NCBI GenBank assembly: GCA_964016885.1
Contig: OZ024748.1
Coordinates: 27,776,001 to 27,840,000 of the forward strand
DNA: 64,000 nucleotides
Direction: 5' to 3'
Source: Eledone cirrhosa
Taxonomy: Eukaryota
The notes beneath the pieces were generated by a model, which was not told where the DNA came from, did not search any database, and was given only the letters and a program-made list of their open reading frames with translations. The position numbers were made by a program, and so were the translations under genes. This document shows, one piece after another, positions 12,483 through 26,071 of this stretch. How positions within the stretch are numbered: the first letter of the stretch is position 1; each line of letters starts with the position of its first letter.

Positions 12483-12572
12483 GTGTATTTTACATATCTA
12501 ATGCTGTGACATTGACTCCATCAGCTGTCTACTAGAGATCGTAAGGATTTCGACATTTTCTATCAGTTTCAT

Positions 12573-13410
12573 TCTATCGCTGGCCACTATAGTATCACTC
12601 TATGGCTGGCCACCACAGTATCACTCTATGGCTGGCCACTATAGTATCACTCTATCGCTGGCCACTACAGTATCACTCTATGACTGGCCACTACAGTATC
12701 ACTCTATGGCTGGCCACTACAGTATCATTCTATGGCTGGCCACCACAGTATCACTCTATGGCTGGTCACTACAGTATCACTCTATGACTGGCCACTATAG
12801 TATCACTCTATCGCTGGCCACTACAGTATCACTCTATGGCTGGCCACTATAGTATCACTCTATCGCTGGCCACTACAGTATCACTCTATGACTGGCCACT
12901 ACAGTATCACTCTATGACTGGCCACTATAGTATCACTCTATCGCTGGCCACTACAGTATCACTCTATGGCTGGCCACCACAGTATCACTCTATGGCTGGC
13001 CACTATAGTATCACTCTATGGCTGGCCACTACAGTATCACTCTATGGCTGGCCACTACAGTATCACTCTATGGCTGGCCACCACAGTATCACTCTATGGC
13101 TGGGCACTACAGTATCACTCTATGGCTGGCCACTACAGTATCACTCTATCGCTGGCCACTACAGTATCACTCTATGGCTGGCCACTACAGTATCACTCTA
13201 TGGCTGGCCACCACAGTATCACTCTATGGCTGGCCACTACAGTATCACTCTATGGCTGGCCACTATAGTATCACTCTATGGCTGGGCACTACAGTATCAC
13301 TCTATGGCTGGCCACCACAGTATCACTCTATGGCTGGCCACCACAGTATCACTCTATCGCTGGCCACTACAGTATCACTCTATGGCTGGCCACTACAGTA
13401 TCACTCTATC
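12573..13410. repeat. 26-bp minisatellite (ctctatggctggccactacagtatca), about 32 copies
   Basis: Direct tandem units with no spacers; variation confined to a few positions. Confidence 0.97.
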
Positions 13411-13537
13411 TTAACGCTGGCCCAAGCTGTAGCTTATTTCTCCGTGATATCTACTTGGTATCCACAATTAAGCAACTATTTTGTTTTGACTATCTGCTCT
13501 TTGCTCTTAGCTTCCGTCTCTCTCTCTCTCTCCCTCG

Positions 13538-13644
<107 letters not shown>

Positions 13645-13799
13645 CTATCGTATCCAAGTACTGTTACATCCTTCTCCAGTTCACGCCAAACTAGGCTGTT
13701 ATGCTACCCAAGTCCAATTCATCCAAATAGATCATTATAGATTTAACTACAACCTCTAGACATTTCCACGTCTATTTCTCACCCAACTACCGTACACTA

Positions 13800-13950
13800 C
13801 TAAACTCGAGCAGTGAGCCACATAAGATGTGACTCATCACAAGGCGGGCCGCGCTATTAAATTATTCAAGGCAATTTTGAAATTAGACATGCCATTCAGA
13901 AAGTCAAACAAATCGCATGCGGCCCGCGGGCCGAACTTTGCCCATGGCTA
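13800..13950. mobile_element. hAT (Charlie/MER30-like) non-autonomous element remnant
   Basis: Right end reads agccatgggcaaagttcggcccgcgggccgcatgcg on the minus strand, a typical hAT subterminal GCGGCCCGCGGGCCG motif. A second gcgggccgc lies at about 13844. Confidence 0.5.
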
Positions 13951-14210
13951 CTCTAAACTTCTCCTTACTTGTATCTTTCGGAGGCACCTCTGTCCATTTT
14001 TCCATCTCCAGGGATAATTTATCCGAGTTTTTCAACTATTATTTATAGTGCTTCTGCCAGGAGTTGCGACTGGTAGATCGTATTAGCAAAGGAAAGACCA
14101 GTGTTTGCTAGGTCGGATTTGACGAATTCCACCACACTCGGTAAGCGAATGAGGTCTGGGATCTTGTCAATCAAACTCTATGCTGTTTAGAGTGATCGAC
14201 TATTATTATA

Positions 14211-14400
14211 GTGGATTGGCAGTATTGGTAGAAGGTCGGACGCTTTGCTTTGACGCATAGAGTTACGGCCCTTGCCATTCTGAGTTCGAATCCCGCCGAG
14301 GTTAACTTTGCCTTTCATCCTTACGGGGTCGATAAAATAAAGTACCAGTATTGCACTGGGTAATTGCTGGCCTTGTGCCAAAAAGTAGAAACAATTATTA
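14211..14400 (+). mobile_element. Nin-domain SINE with TSD attattatagt
   Basis: Same family as 1431-1621; attattatagt at 14202-14212 and 14394-14404. Confidence 0.9.
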
Positions 14401-15028
14401 TAGTTATTTACGTTGAGGCGACAACATTTAAATTTTCAAATTTTCCCAATGTCTCTTAAGTTAACATTAAAATAGTCTTTAGATATGTGGAACTTAAGCT
14501 ATCATTCTTAATGTTTTCTTCAAACTTTTATTGTATATACGTATATGTGTGTCTGTCAGATTGTCTGCCTGTATGCATGTTTGTATGCAAGTACGTACGT
14601 ACGTATATATGTATGTACGTACATACATATACATGTATGTACGTATGTATGTACATATGTACGAGTGTACGTACGAATGTATGTATGTATGTATGTATCT
14701 ATGTATGTAAGTATGTATGTATGCGTATATGTGTTTGCATGAATGTATGTATGCATGTATGTATGCATGAATGTATGTATGTATGTATGCATCTATGTAT
14801 GTAAGTAATTATACGACGGTGTATTTGTATGCGCATGTGCCTATGTATATTTGTGTGTGTGTCTGTGTGTGTACATTTATCATTATTTGCATAGATTGCT
14901 TGTGTTTATGCATATTTTTACAGTCTTACGCAGATATACCAATATTCACACCGTCAATCTCACCCGCCTTAACACCCGAATTCATGACCGTACGCACACC
15001 GCTATACACATACATACAGATTCATTCA

Positions 15029-15071
<43 letters not shown>

Positions 15072-15105
15072 TCTCTTTTTCAGAATGTATGTATATGCCA
15101 CTGAT

Positions 15106-15170
<65 letters not shown>

Positions 15171-15336
15171 TCTCTCTCTCTCTCACTCACTCCCCCTCTC
15201 TCTCTGTATGTGCTTTATTTAACATTTATTACTGACTGTTGTATTTATTTATTGATTTATTTATATTCTTCTTCTTGTTCTTGTTCTTCTTCCTAAACTG
15301 CTTTTTTCCTAGTATGAATGAGTGCGTATGCGAATG

Positions 15337-15406
<70 letters not shown>

Positions 15407-15449
15407 ATATATACAAATAAACACACACACATACAAACATTCAGAAATA

Positions 15450-15551
<102 letters not shown>

Positions 15552-15904
15552 TATATAAACAAACATAAATACTATGATCAAAGTATGTGCGTAGAAACAT
15601 CTTCTTTTGCGGAATCTTTGCGATAAACATGGCCCATTTTCTTGTAAAATCTTTGTCAGAAATCTTACTTTGATGTTTGCGATGGCGAGATATATCGATG
15701 TTGCTGAGATATAGTGGCTGCTGCTGTTAGTGTTGATGCTGCTGTTGGTGCTGCTGCTTGTGTGCTACTGCTGCTGTAGGGAGTGTGTTATATGATTGCT
15801 CACAGATTTTGGTTAGTTCGAGATGTGGTTTTGAAACTATCAGAACGTAAGATTGAAATACTTATAATATATGCACGATGTATGTCATGTGTGTGTGTAT
15901 ATAT

Positions 15905-16015
<111 letters not shown>

Positions 16016-16017
16016 TT

Positions 16018-16052
<35 letters not shown>

Positions 16053-16055
<3 letters not shown>

Positions 16056-16171
16056 GGAACAAGTAAGACCCCGACGGGGTCTTACTTGTTCCTATTACCC
16101 ACTCTACTACCCTAAGTATTGAGTACTTTGGTGCGTTATGGTCCACCTGGTTCCTTACCACATTTCCTTCG

Positions 16172-16172
<1 letters not shown>
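16053..16172. mobile_element. TA-inserted hairpin-ended element, copy A (hairpin collapsed to a perfect 21-bp-arm palindrome)
   Basis: ataggaacaagtaagaccccg-a-cggggtcttacttgttcctat, then a body (..ctaccctaagtattgagtact..ggttccttaccaca..) shared with 26446-26624 and 51064-51240. (TA)n on both sides. Confidence 0.8.
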
Positions 16173-16241
<69 letters not shown>

Positions 16242-16317
16242 CAAGTGAGTATCTTTTGAAACAGCAAGCGATTTTGAAATTAGAAATAGAAGCTTTCGAC
16301 GTATATTTGGCTAAAGA

Positions 16318-16364
16318 AATTTTATCCGGATAATGGGGTTAAACCCGATTATCCGGATAAAATT
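16318..16364. repeat. 17-bp-arm hairpin with nested palindromes
   Basis: aattttatccggataat-ggggttaaacccg-attatccggataaaatt. Confidence 0.85.
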
Positions 16365-16404
16365 CCTCTAAGAAATGGAGAAAGATGAGTATTGAGAGGG
16401 TTCT

Positions 16405-16503
16405 AGGGCGGTTTTCTGCTAGAATATGTAGTGTATATATTGGTATTATACGCAAATATATATGCATATAGATATATGTAAATTGAAAAGTAAATTGACA
16501 ATA
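16405..16503 (-). mobile_element. Diverged 3' fragment of the Helitron-like family
   Basis: ggttttctgctagaatatgtagtgtatatattggtattatacgcaa.. aligns to 17801-17905. Confidence 0.7.
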
Positions 16504-16504
16504 C

Positions 16505-16970
16505 CTTCTTCTTCGCCCACTTATTCCTGAGTGGGTCGTGGGGACAGAATCCTTCTCAAACACTAGACTCCTTCCAGCGAGTCTGTCAGAAGTAGACATC
16601 TTTAACTGATCCAGCTGGATCCCAAAGCGTGACCAGCCAAGCTCTTGGGTGTTATCCAACTATTTTATTCAGGGTTTACCGCTGGGTCTCGTGTCGGTTG
16701 GTTTCACCTGTAAAATCTGTACAGCGATTCTTTCTTGAGACATTCTAACCCCATGCCTATCGGAGCTGTTATCTCTCAATTCGAAGAAGTAGCGACTCTA
16801 TCTACAAGCTATGCACTTTATTGAATAACGTTATTCCAAAGACCCTTCGGAGGAACCCCATTTCGGCCGCTTGTATTTGCAATTGTATTCTTTTGGTCAT
16901 TACCCAAGATTCACGATCGTCGGTAAGGGTTGGTAGGAATACCAGGAAGACAGCGAGTTTGGCTTTTACA
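16505..16970 (-). mobile_element. RTE-clade (Expander/Rex3-like) LINE 3' end, degenerate
   Basis: Minus-strand peptides KAKLAVF..PTLT..ESWVMTKRIQLQIQAAEMGFLRRV and RMSQERIAVQILQVKPTDTRPSGKP..LDNTQELGWSRFGI..LSPRP resemble the RTE post-RT C-terminus. Confidence 0.85.
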
Positions 16971-16980
16971 TGTGTTTGTA

Positions 16981-17012
<32 letters not shown>

Positions 17013-17096
17013 TGTGTGTGTAGATAATAATTTAACTAAACACTTAATAGGTGAACCTCAACTGAATAACAACCAAATTAAATTTCTATAGGAAAC

Positions 17097-17273
17097 AATT
17101 GTTTCTACTTTAGGCACAAGGTCAGCAATTACCCAGTGCATTACTGGTACTTTATTTTATCGACCCCGTAAGGATGAAAGGCAAAGTCAACCTCGGCGGG
17201 ATTTGAACTCAGATCGTAAAGGGACGTAACTATGCTGGAAAGCATGGCGTCCGACTCTCTACTGATACTGCCA
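17097..17273 (-). mobile_element. Nin-domain SINE, slightly 5'-truncated; probable TSD aggaaaca
   Basis: Family match; aggaaaca on both sides. Confidence 0.9.
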
Positions 17274-17779
17274 AGGAAACATAATACGAGTATGATGAAC
17301 GTGCTGCGAGTTACCAACACTTTTTAAGCAACTTTTCTTTTTCTTTCTAACATATCCAATCTTTATTGTTTATTCTTGATAGTCCTTTAGGTGTATCCTA
17401 GACATTTTCACATTTAAATACATAAATACTTAATTACAGCTGAATATTATGATGGTATGATTTGTGATTTATACTGACTACACTGTACCGCGTATTCATA
17501 AGTGTACGTGAATATTTATCCCCTATACCTACGCATGTTCATAACAATATGCATGAAAGGATCTATACGGGCGTTTATATGTTGTATATATTTATATATG
17601 TGAATACCTATTTACATGCGTAATTCAAAGTATTAGTCCACAGCGTCAGATTAACATAGGTTCTTATTTCAACCAGTTACTTTCCTAAACCAACACCGTA
17701 TAATACGCGGTGATTCTTAATCCTTAAGTAACATAATTATACTTAGTCACGCTGTAACACCGGACATAAATTAAACAGA

Positions 17780-18262
17780 CTAGCAGAAAAACCACTCTTC
17801 GGGTGGTTTTCTGCTAGCATGTATAGTGTGTATATTGATATTATACGCAAGTATATATGCATGTAGATATGATACATCAAATAAAATCGTAATTGATAAT
17901 ATACACAGAAATTGAAGAGAGATTGTGTTACACTGTCTTATGTAATCAGTAACGTAATTCATGATACATTAAAAAAAGATGATATTATGTATAAACTGCA
18001 TTAGGAGAAAATTAGTGACGGAAATATATGAATATTTATTTAAGTGATCGCTAACCGGAAGTGTTGACATTTGAACATTTTAAAGAAGTGAATCTTTAAA
18101 TAAGTAATAAAATATATTTAATGAAGAGCTACGAAATTTAGTAGATAAATTATGTAATATTCATTCATTATTTATTCAAAGTAATCCAACTTATTTTACT
18201 AAGAGGATAAAAAATTATAAACCGTACGCAGTCCCGCGCTTCTTACTTTATTATAGTTTGGA
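17780..18262 (-). mobile_element. Non-autonomous Helitron-like element, copy 1
   Basis: Minus strand starts A|TC and ends CTAG|T with a terminal hairpin (ctagcagaaaaaccac-tcttcgg-gtggttttctgctag). No TSD; multi-copy. Confidence 0.8.
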
Positions 18263-18386
18263 TTGTTTTACGCTTAAAAAGACCAAGATGTAACACCTAT
18301 TTTTGCTTTGATAGCCATATTAATGCGCACGATGTTAGATATCATGCTGGCTTGTCTCTGCTTTCTGAGTGAGTAACATAATTGAT

Positions 18387-18580
18387 AATAATTGTTTCTA
18401 CTTTTGGCACAAGGCCAGCAGTTACCCCAGTGTATTACTGGTAGTTTATTTTATCGACCCCGTAAGGATGAAAGATAAAGTTAACCTCGGCGGGATTTGA
18501 ACTCAGAATGGCAAGGGCCGTAACTCCATGCGTCAAAGCACGGCGTCCGACCCTCTACCGATACTGCCAATCCACCGCCC
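18387..18580 (-). mobile_element. Nin-domain SINE, full length; TSD ataattgat
   Basis: Family match; ataattgat flanks both ends. Confidence 0.9.
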
Positions 18581-18944
18581 TATAATTGATCATAATAATA
18601 ATGAACTTATACGTTATACATCTATTAATACAGAAACTATTTAATTACTATTATAGGTTTTAAATTGTCTGTTTCCCTCTACATATGTTATAGCATGTTA
18701 CCATTGTACTATTGTTTATCCAATACTGGCACAAAAACCCCAACTGCCTTGTGCTTCATAACCCTAAAAAATACTAACTTCACTCTAATTTCGGTTCGCT
18801 ATTTGCATGTTTGCCTGCTTTCTTTCATTGCTTGAATATATTCATTATTTGCTAATGTTCTTGGTGTATGTTGTGTTGGATTTAATCTATCTGAATACTC
18901 CTGTTGACCTGCAAGTGAGTTTATATACTATGTGAATAATTAAA

Positions 18945-19418
18945 CTAGCATGTGTAGTGTGCATATTGATACTATACGCAAATATATATATATGTATGTA
19001 GATATGATATGTCAAAATAAAATCGTAATTGACAATATACACAGAAATTGAAGAGAGACTGTGTTACACTCTCTTCTGTGATCAGTAAAGCAATCCATGA
19101 TACATTTAAAAAAGACGATATTATATATAAACTGCATTAGGAGAAAATTAGCGAAGGAAATATATGCCTAATTTTTATAAGTGTTATAATATAACGGGCG
19201 CTAACCGGAAATGTTGGCATTTGAAAATTTTAAAGAAGTGAATCTTTAAATAAGCAATAAAATTATTTATAATTAATCAAGAGTTACGAAATTTAGTACA
19301 TAAATTATGTAATATTCATTCATTATTTATTCAAAGTAATCCAACTTATTTTACAAACGTGGTAAAAAATATATATTCTGGACGTAGTCCCGCACTCTTT
19401 TCTTTATTATAGTTAAGA
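18945..19418 (-). mobile_element. Non-autonomous Helitron-like element, copy 2 (lacks the terminal hairpin)
   Basis: Collinear with 17814-18262; A|TC start and CTAG|T end. Confidence 0.8.
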
Positions 19419-19524
19419 TATAACTGATTGATTCATTGTTTACATGTATATACAGGTTTCTCACATGTATAGAAACGATTGTAGAGATTTGAGATGAATT
19501 TCATTAAAAAACCTTGGTTTTCTT

Positions 19525-19599
<75 letters not shown>

Positions 19600-19600
<1 letters not shown>

Positions 19601-20105
19601 GAAAATAGAGAAATTAATGTAAGCAAGAAGCCAACAGTAATTCAGACATATAAGTGAATATTACGTCGAGATGAAAAATATTTAACGTAAGATATGGGAA
19701 AATAATTCAATCCCAATTCAAAACAAGTCAAGACCAGAAATTTTATCCACAGATTTTGTGTAATCCAGGGAAAAAACCCCAATAGAATCTTAACTCAAAA
19801 TAAAATTAAGAGTAAACACTTATCCGTCAATTTGGAAAAATCTACAAATGCACTATATATTTGTTTATTTTTTTTTGTATATGAATATTGATTGTTTCTT
19901 GTATCTCATTCTGTTATTTTGCCCGAGAAAATATCTATGTGTGTCATCAAACGATGTACACAGATGGATAATTTTTCAAATTCCAATTGAGTTCTAGCAC
20001 GTGGCCTGAATTCCTTTTAGAATTCATTGTCCTGCGCATGTATTGTTTTTTTGGCGGTAATATACTTCCTCATTTTTGAATCAGTTTGAGTATTTCTTTA
20101 GAACT
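19600..20105. pseudogene. Possible highly decayed PLE coding remnants in opposite orientations
   Basis: Plus-strand KKPTVI..KIFNVR.GKIIQSQ..LNSK resembles a GIY-YIG C-terminus. Minus-strand TDSKMRKYITAKKTIHAQ resembles the linker KDYRMNQILRTHDIIKSKRQ of the 53-kb PLE. Many stops. Confidence 0.3.
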
Positions 20106-20201
20106 GATAGAGTAGCAACCTAGCAGATACCTCAATCACTGATGGTGATTATCGCTAAATACTGATGTAGATTTGATTATCAATATTAGTATTATTGGGC
20201 A

Positions 20202-20329
20202 CCCACTGAAGAATTATAAGAGTCCACTTGAATAGGCATCTGTTGATCTTATACAAGCTTCTGCATAAATTGGTATAATTTCACCCAAATTTGTAGGAAT
20301 CTTATAATGAAACGAGACGTCCGTCTGGG
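20202..20329 (+). ncRNA. Type I hammerhead motif with a large stem-loop II insertion
   Basis: CCCA-CTGAAGA-ATTATAAGA-(78 nt)-TCTTATAAT-GAAA-CG-agacgtc-CG-TC-TGGG. GUC triplet; predicted cut after 20325. Confidence 0.72.
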
Positions 20330-20540
20330 AAGAGATATATTCGATATGTCTCATATGAAATAATACAGCCAATTTTCCACACAATACAATTAGTTAGCAC
20401 CACGAACGTTTAATTAGGAATATACTCACTTATTTCCTAATGTTTGTTGAGTGAGGTGGAATTTGGCCGGAGTATCGCTAAAAGCTTGCTCCGATGATGT
20501 ATTTATTTATTTATGTATATATATATATATATATATATAG

Positions 20541-20738
20541 TAATAATAATTGTTTCTACTTTTTGGCACAAGGCCAGCAATTACCCAGTGCATTACTGGT
20601 ACTTTATTTTATCGACCCCGTAAGGATGAAAGGCAAAGTTAACCTCGGCGGGATTTGAACTCAGAATGGCAAGGGCCGTAACTCTATGCGTCAAAGCATG
20701 GCGCCCGACCCTCTACCGATACTGCCAATCCACCGCCC
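20541..20738 (-). mobile_element. Nin-domain SINE, full length; TSD tatagtaata
   Basis: Family match; tatagtaata flanks both ends. Confidence 0.9.
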
Positions 20739-20856
20739 TTTATAGTAATATAGTAATAATAATATTATTTATACTTATATATAAACTATATATAATTATA
20801 AATAGGAAAGGTCAGTATTTTTTTTTTTTTTACCACCTTGAAAAATAGTTCAATGT

Positions 20857-21028
<172 letters not shown>

Positions 21029-21040
21029 GTTTATATATAT

Positions 21041-21118
21041 ACCCCCCACTCTCCTGAGCGTGAATCTAATAAACATTTGTCGTACTGCCTCTCTGTTCTG
21101 TCCCTGTTCAATTTATTA
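21041..21118 (+). repeat. 3' part of a pseudo-LTR-like repeat shared with 38905-38985
   Basis: gagcgtgaa.ctaataaac.tttgt.cgtactgcctctctgtt.tgt.cc in both; both end at (TA)n. Confidence 0.75.
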
Positions 21119-21717
21119 TTATATATATATATATATATATATATGAAAGTATTTTTCTATTGCACGTTCCTCCTGCGTTGTATACAGTCTAATAACAATT
21201 ATACAAATGCATGGTTATATTACCGTATATCTATACACGTTTTATAAGTAGTCCCAAGCAGTATTAATACTCGAGCCTAACATAGTTGGCAACATCAGAC
21301 GGAGTAGTTTTACCTTTGGTGTAGAAACTAGGAACATATCCCATAGACAAAGTATGTCTCTCTTTTCTACGTTTATGGCCATTTTTTTCGTACGTCTTAC
21401 CGCCGTCTTCCTACGAATGTATATATGTATGTATCTATGTATACGCACTCATACACTTATATGCATGTATATATATGTACTCACTCACTCACACACACAC
21501 ACACACATACATATACATATATATATATATATATGAAGTAGAGTAACTCCTTAAAAAAATAATGAAAAATAAGAAAATAGAACCGACTACAATACACATC
21601 AATGATAAGTCATTAAATGAAACACATACGCACACTCATACACACACACACACACACATACACACATACACATACATACACATTGATACACATACACATA
21701 CACACTCATATGCACAT

Positions 21718-21748
21718 ATCCTTGCTTCGGGGTTTTCGTTCAAGTTTT

Positions 21749-21832
<84 letters not shown>

Positions 21833-22045
21833 ATGTATGTGTGTGTGTGTGTATGTGTGTATGTGTGTATGTGTGTGTATGTGTGTGTGTGTGTGTGCGT
21901 GTATGTGTGCGTATGTGTGCGTATGTGTGCGTGTGAGTGTGTGTGTGTGTGTATGTGTGTATGTGTGTGTCTGTGCGTGTATGTGTGCGTATGTGTGTGT
22001 GTGCGTGTGTGCATAAAACATGAAGGAAAACCCCGAAGCAAGGAT
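21718..22045. repeat. 33-bp inverted repeat flanking a TA/TG microsatellite block
   Basis: 21718-21750 versus 22013-22045, two mismatches. Confidence 0.8.
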
Positions 22046-22354
22046 GGAGAAGACATAAGACCCCCCATGGAAACAACTACACGACTTCTCAGCCACCACA
22101 ACAACAACAATAACAAGCTGCCGACTTAATGTACGTATAACAAAAAGTAGAATAAAAACAGTATACAATAGAATAAACGGAATCAACAATGGAGGACATG
22201 TTTTTATATATAAACAATGAAGAAAATAAGAGGCATTCAATAAAGTTGGAACGGAGACATTGGTGACACCTTCCCAAGCCGCGTCTAACACTAACATCTA
22301 TACGTATACTAGACATGTACCTTACTCCTTCATATACATATAGACATTTACACG

Positions 22355-23291
<937 letters not shown>

Positions 23292-23556
23292 ATAAATTTA
23301 TCTGTATTGCAGTAGCAGCGAAATATCAAAAGTGTAAAAGACTTGGTTTACTCAGCCGCCATGACAGTATGGAGGGGAAACTAGATTGCCCTACCCTCAC
23401 CCCATTATCACCTAGACCCTTAAAAATAAGAGGAAGAAGTCATATAAAAAGACAGAGTAAACAAATTAAAAAAATGACAAAAAAAAAACGAATCAACAAA
23501 AACCTATGGGAACAAAAAGGGAAGGGTTTTCCACAAAGAAAGTAGATTATATTAAT

Positions 23557-24565
23557 ATTGTTGTTGGTGTTGTTGTTGTTTTTATTGTTGTTACTGTAGC
23601 TGTTGTTGTTGGTTCTATTGTTGTTACTGTAGCTGTTGTTGTTGTTGTTGTTTTTATTGTTGTTACTGTAGCTGTTGGTGTTGTTGTTGGTTCTATTGTT
23701 GTTACTGTAGCTGTTGTTGTTGTTGTTGTTTTTATTGTTGTTACTGTAGCGGTTGTTGTTGTTGTTTTTATTGTTGTTACTGTAGCTGTTGGTGTTGTTG
23801 TTGTTGTTTTTATTGTTGTTACTGTAGCTGTTGGTGTTGTTGTTGTTTTTATTGTTGTTACTGTAGCTGTTGGTGTTGTTGTTGGTTCTATTGTTGTTAC
23901 TGTAGCTGTTGTTGTTGTTGTTGTTTTTATTGTTGTTACTGTAGCTGTTGTTGTTGTTGGTTTTATTGTTGTTACTGTAGCTGTTGTTGTTGTTGTTTTT
24001 ATTGTTGTTACTGTAGCTGTTGTTGTTGGTTCTATTGTTGTTACTGTAGCTGTTGTTGTTGTTGTTGTTTTTATTGTTGTTACTGTAGCTGTTGTTGTTG
24101 TTGGTTTTATTGTTGTTACTGTAGCTGTTGTTGTTGCTGGTTCTATCGTATTATCTTCCCTCGATGAAAAGAAAAGCCCCCAAACTTCTAAATTTTGTGT
24201 TGATTCGTGTTTTTAACGTTCGTGTATTATCCTCGCCACCGTCATCGTCACCGTCATCGCCACCGTCATCGTCACCGTCATCGCCACCGTCATCGCCACC
24301 GTCATCGTCACCGTCCTCGCCACCGTCCTCGACACCGTCATCGCCACCGTCATCGTCACCGTCATCGTCACCATCATCGTCACCGTCATCGTCACCGTCA
24401 TCGCCACCGTCATCGCCACCGTCATCGTCACCATCATCGTCACCGTCATCGCCACCATCATCGTCACCGTCATCGCTACCATCATCGTCACTGTCATCGC
24501 CACCATCATCGTCACCGTCATCGCCACCGTCATCGTCACCGTCATCGCCACCGTCATCGACACCC
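23557..24565. repeat. (GTT)n-derived minisatellite (23557-24145) and 12-bp tcgtcaccgtca array (24232-24565)
   Basis: Directly visible tandem units. Confidence 0.93.
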
Positions 24566-24639
24566 TCCCCTCTGTCACCTCCACAGCAATGATCTGTACA
24601 GTAAATACAATCTTCTATTGCCATGTCCAGCCTCAAAAA

Positions 24640-24810
24640 GGAGCTGAGAATCTGGGTTTCATGTCGTAAGTCACTTTCTCAAGCTAGATGGACTGGACTA
24701 AAGCAACGGGAAATAAAGGATTCAATGTATTCCCCCAAGGTCAGGGACTCGAACTCATAACCTTAGAATTGTGAATCTAACACCCTAACCCTAAAGCCAG
24801 GCGTCTTCAC
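24640..24810 (-). mobile_element. Degenerate tRNA-derived SINE
   Basis: Minus-strand head gtgaagacgcctggctttagggttagggtg..gagttcgagtccc; body related to 25490-25630. Confidence 0.6.
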
Positions 24811-24848
24811 AATCGATACATACATACAGACATACATACATACATACA

Positions 24849-24881
<33 letters not shown>

Positions 24882-25304
24882 GCATGCATACACGCATATA
24901 TACATTCTCAGACATACATACATACATACATACATACATACATACATACATACATACATACATACATACATGCATATATGCATACATACGCGCATACATA
25001 CATTCTCAGACATACATACATAGATACATACATACATACATACATACATACATACATACATACATGCATACATACATGCATATATGCAAGCATACACGCA
25101 TACATACATTCTCAGACATGCATACATAGATACATACATACATACATGCATATATGCAAGCATACACGCATACATACATTCTCAGACATACATACATACA
25201 TACATACATACATACATACATACATACATACATACATGCATATATGCATACATACGCGCATACATACATTCTCAGACATACATACATACGTACATAAAGC
25301 TCCC

Positions 25305-25630
25305 ATCGGTAACAAATGGCCCTGGTTTTGCACCTAGAAAGTTTCCCTCCGAGGCACAAGCCTGGGCAAGGTTGTTTGTGGAAGACCAGCTGTCGGCCAT
25401 GCATCTCGGCCTTCTCTCTCCACGCCACCGATGTTGTCCAAGGGAAAGGCAATGGCCGATATAGATTGGCACCAATGATGTCGGAACTCATTTCTACAGC
25501 TGAGTAAACTGAAACAACGTGAAATAAAGTGTCTTGCTCAAGAACTCAATGCATCACCTGGTCCGAGAATTGAACTCACAACCTCACAATTGCAAGCTCA
25601 ACGCGCTAACCACTAAGCCATGTGGCACCA
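25305..25630 (-). mobile_element. tRNA-derived SINE with a CORE-like central domain
   Basis: Minus strand tggcttagtggttagcgcg (A box), gagttcaattctc (B box), ttgagcaagacactttatttcacgttg..actcagctg. The 3' end runs into (TATG)n. Confidence 0.75.
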
Positions 25631-25643
25631 TACACACATACAT

Positions 25644-25767
<124 letters not shown>

Positions 25768-26071
25768 GACTTACCAAGAACTGAAAATTAATAACACCTT
25801 ACTCATCAGAAATTAGTAGTATCCTTGAGAGAGGAGTTAGTCAGAGAGTTCACTGTAATGGGATAGATCGATTCAAAGAAAGTATATTGATAAATCAATC
25901 AGTTATTGAATATACCCTAGGGTATGGCTCACCATGACTGGCAAGATCTTTCAAAGTGAAAATCTTAAATATCATAATTAAATATAAAAAGGAAGACCTA
26001 TTTTCTCTGATACCGCCATTTCTTCCAAGTAATAACCGTACCCGGAAGGATAACGAAAAGAATGTATGAAA

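Noticed and set aside
12573-13410. CRISPR-like array
   Set aside because: Units are contiguous with no unique spacers, there are no cas genes, and the context is eukaryotic.
25770-25812. Minus-strand CTGATGAG
   Set aside because: No downstream GAAA before the microsatellite; at best a truncated relic.
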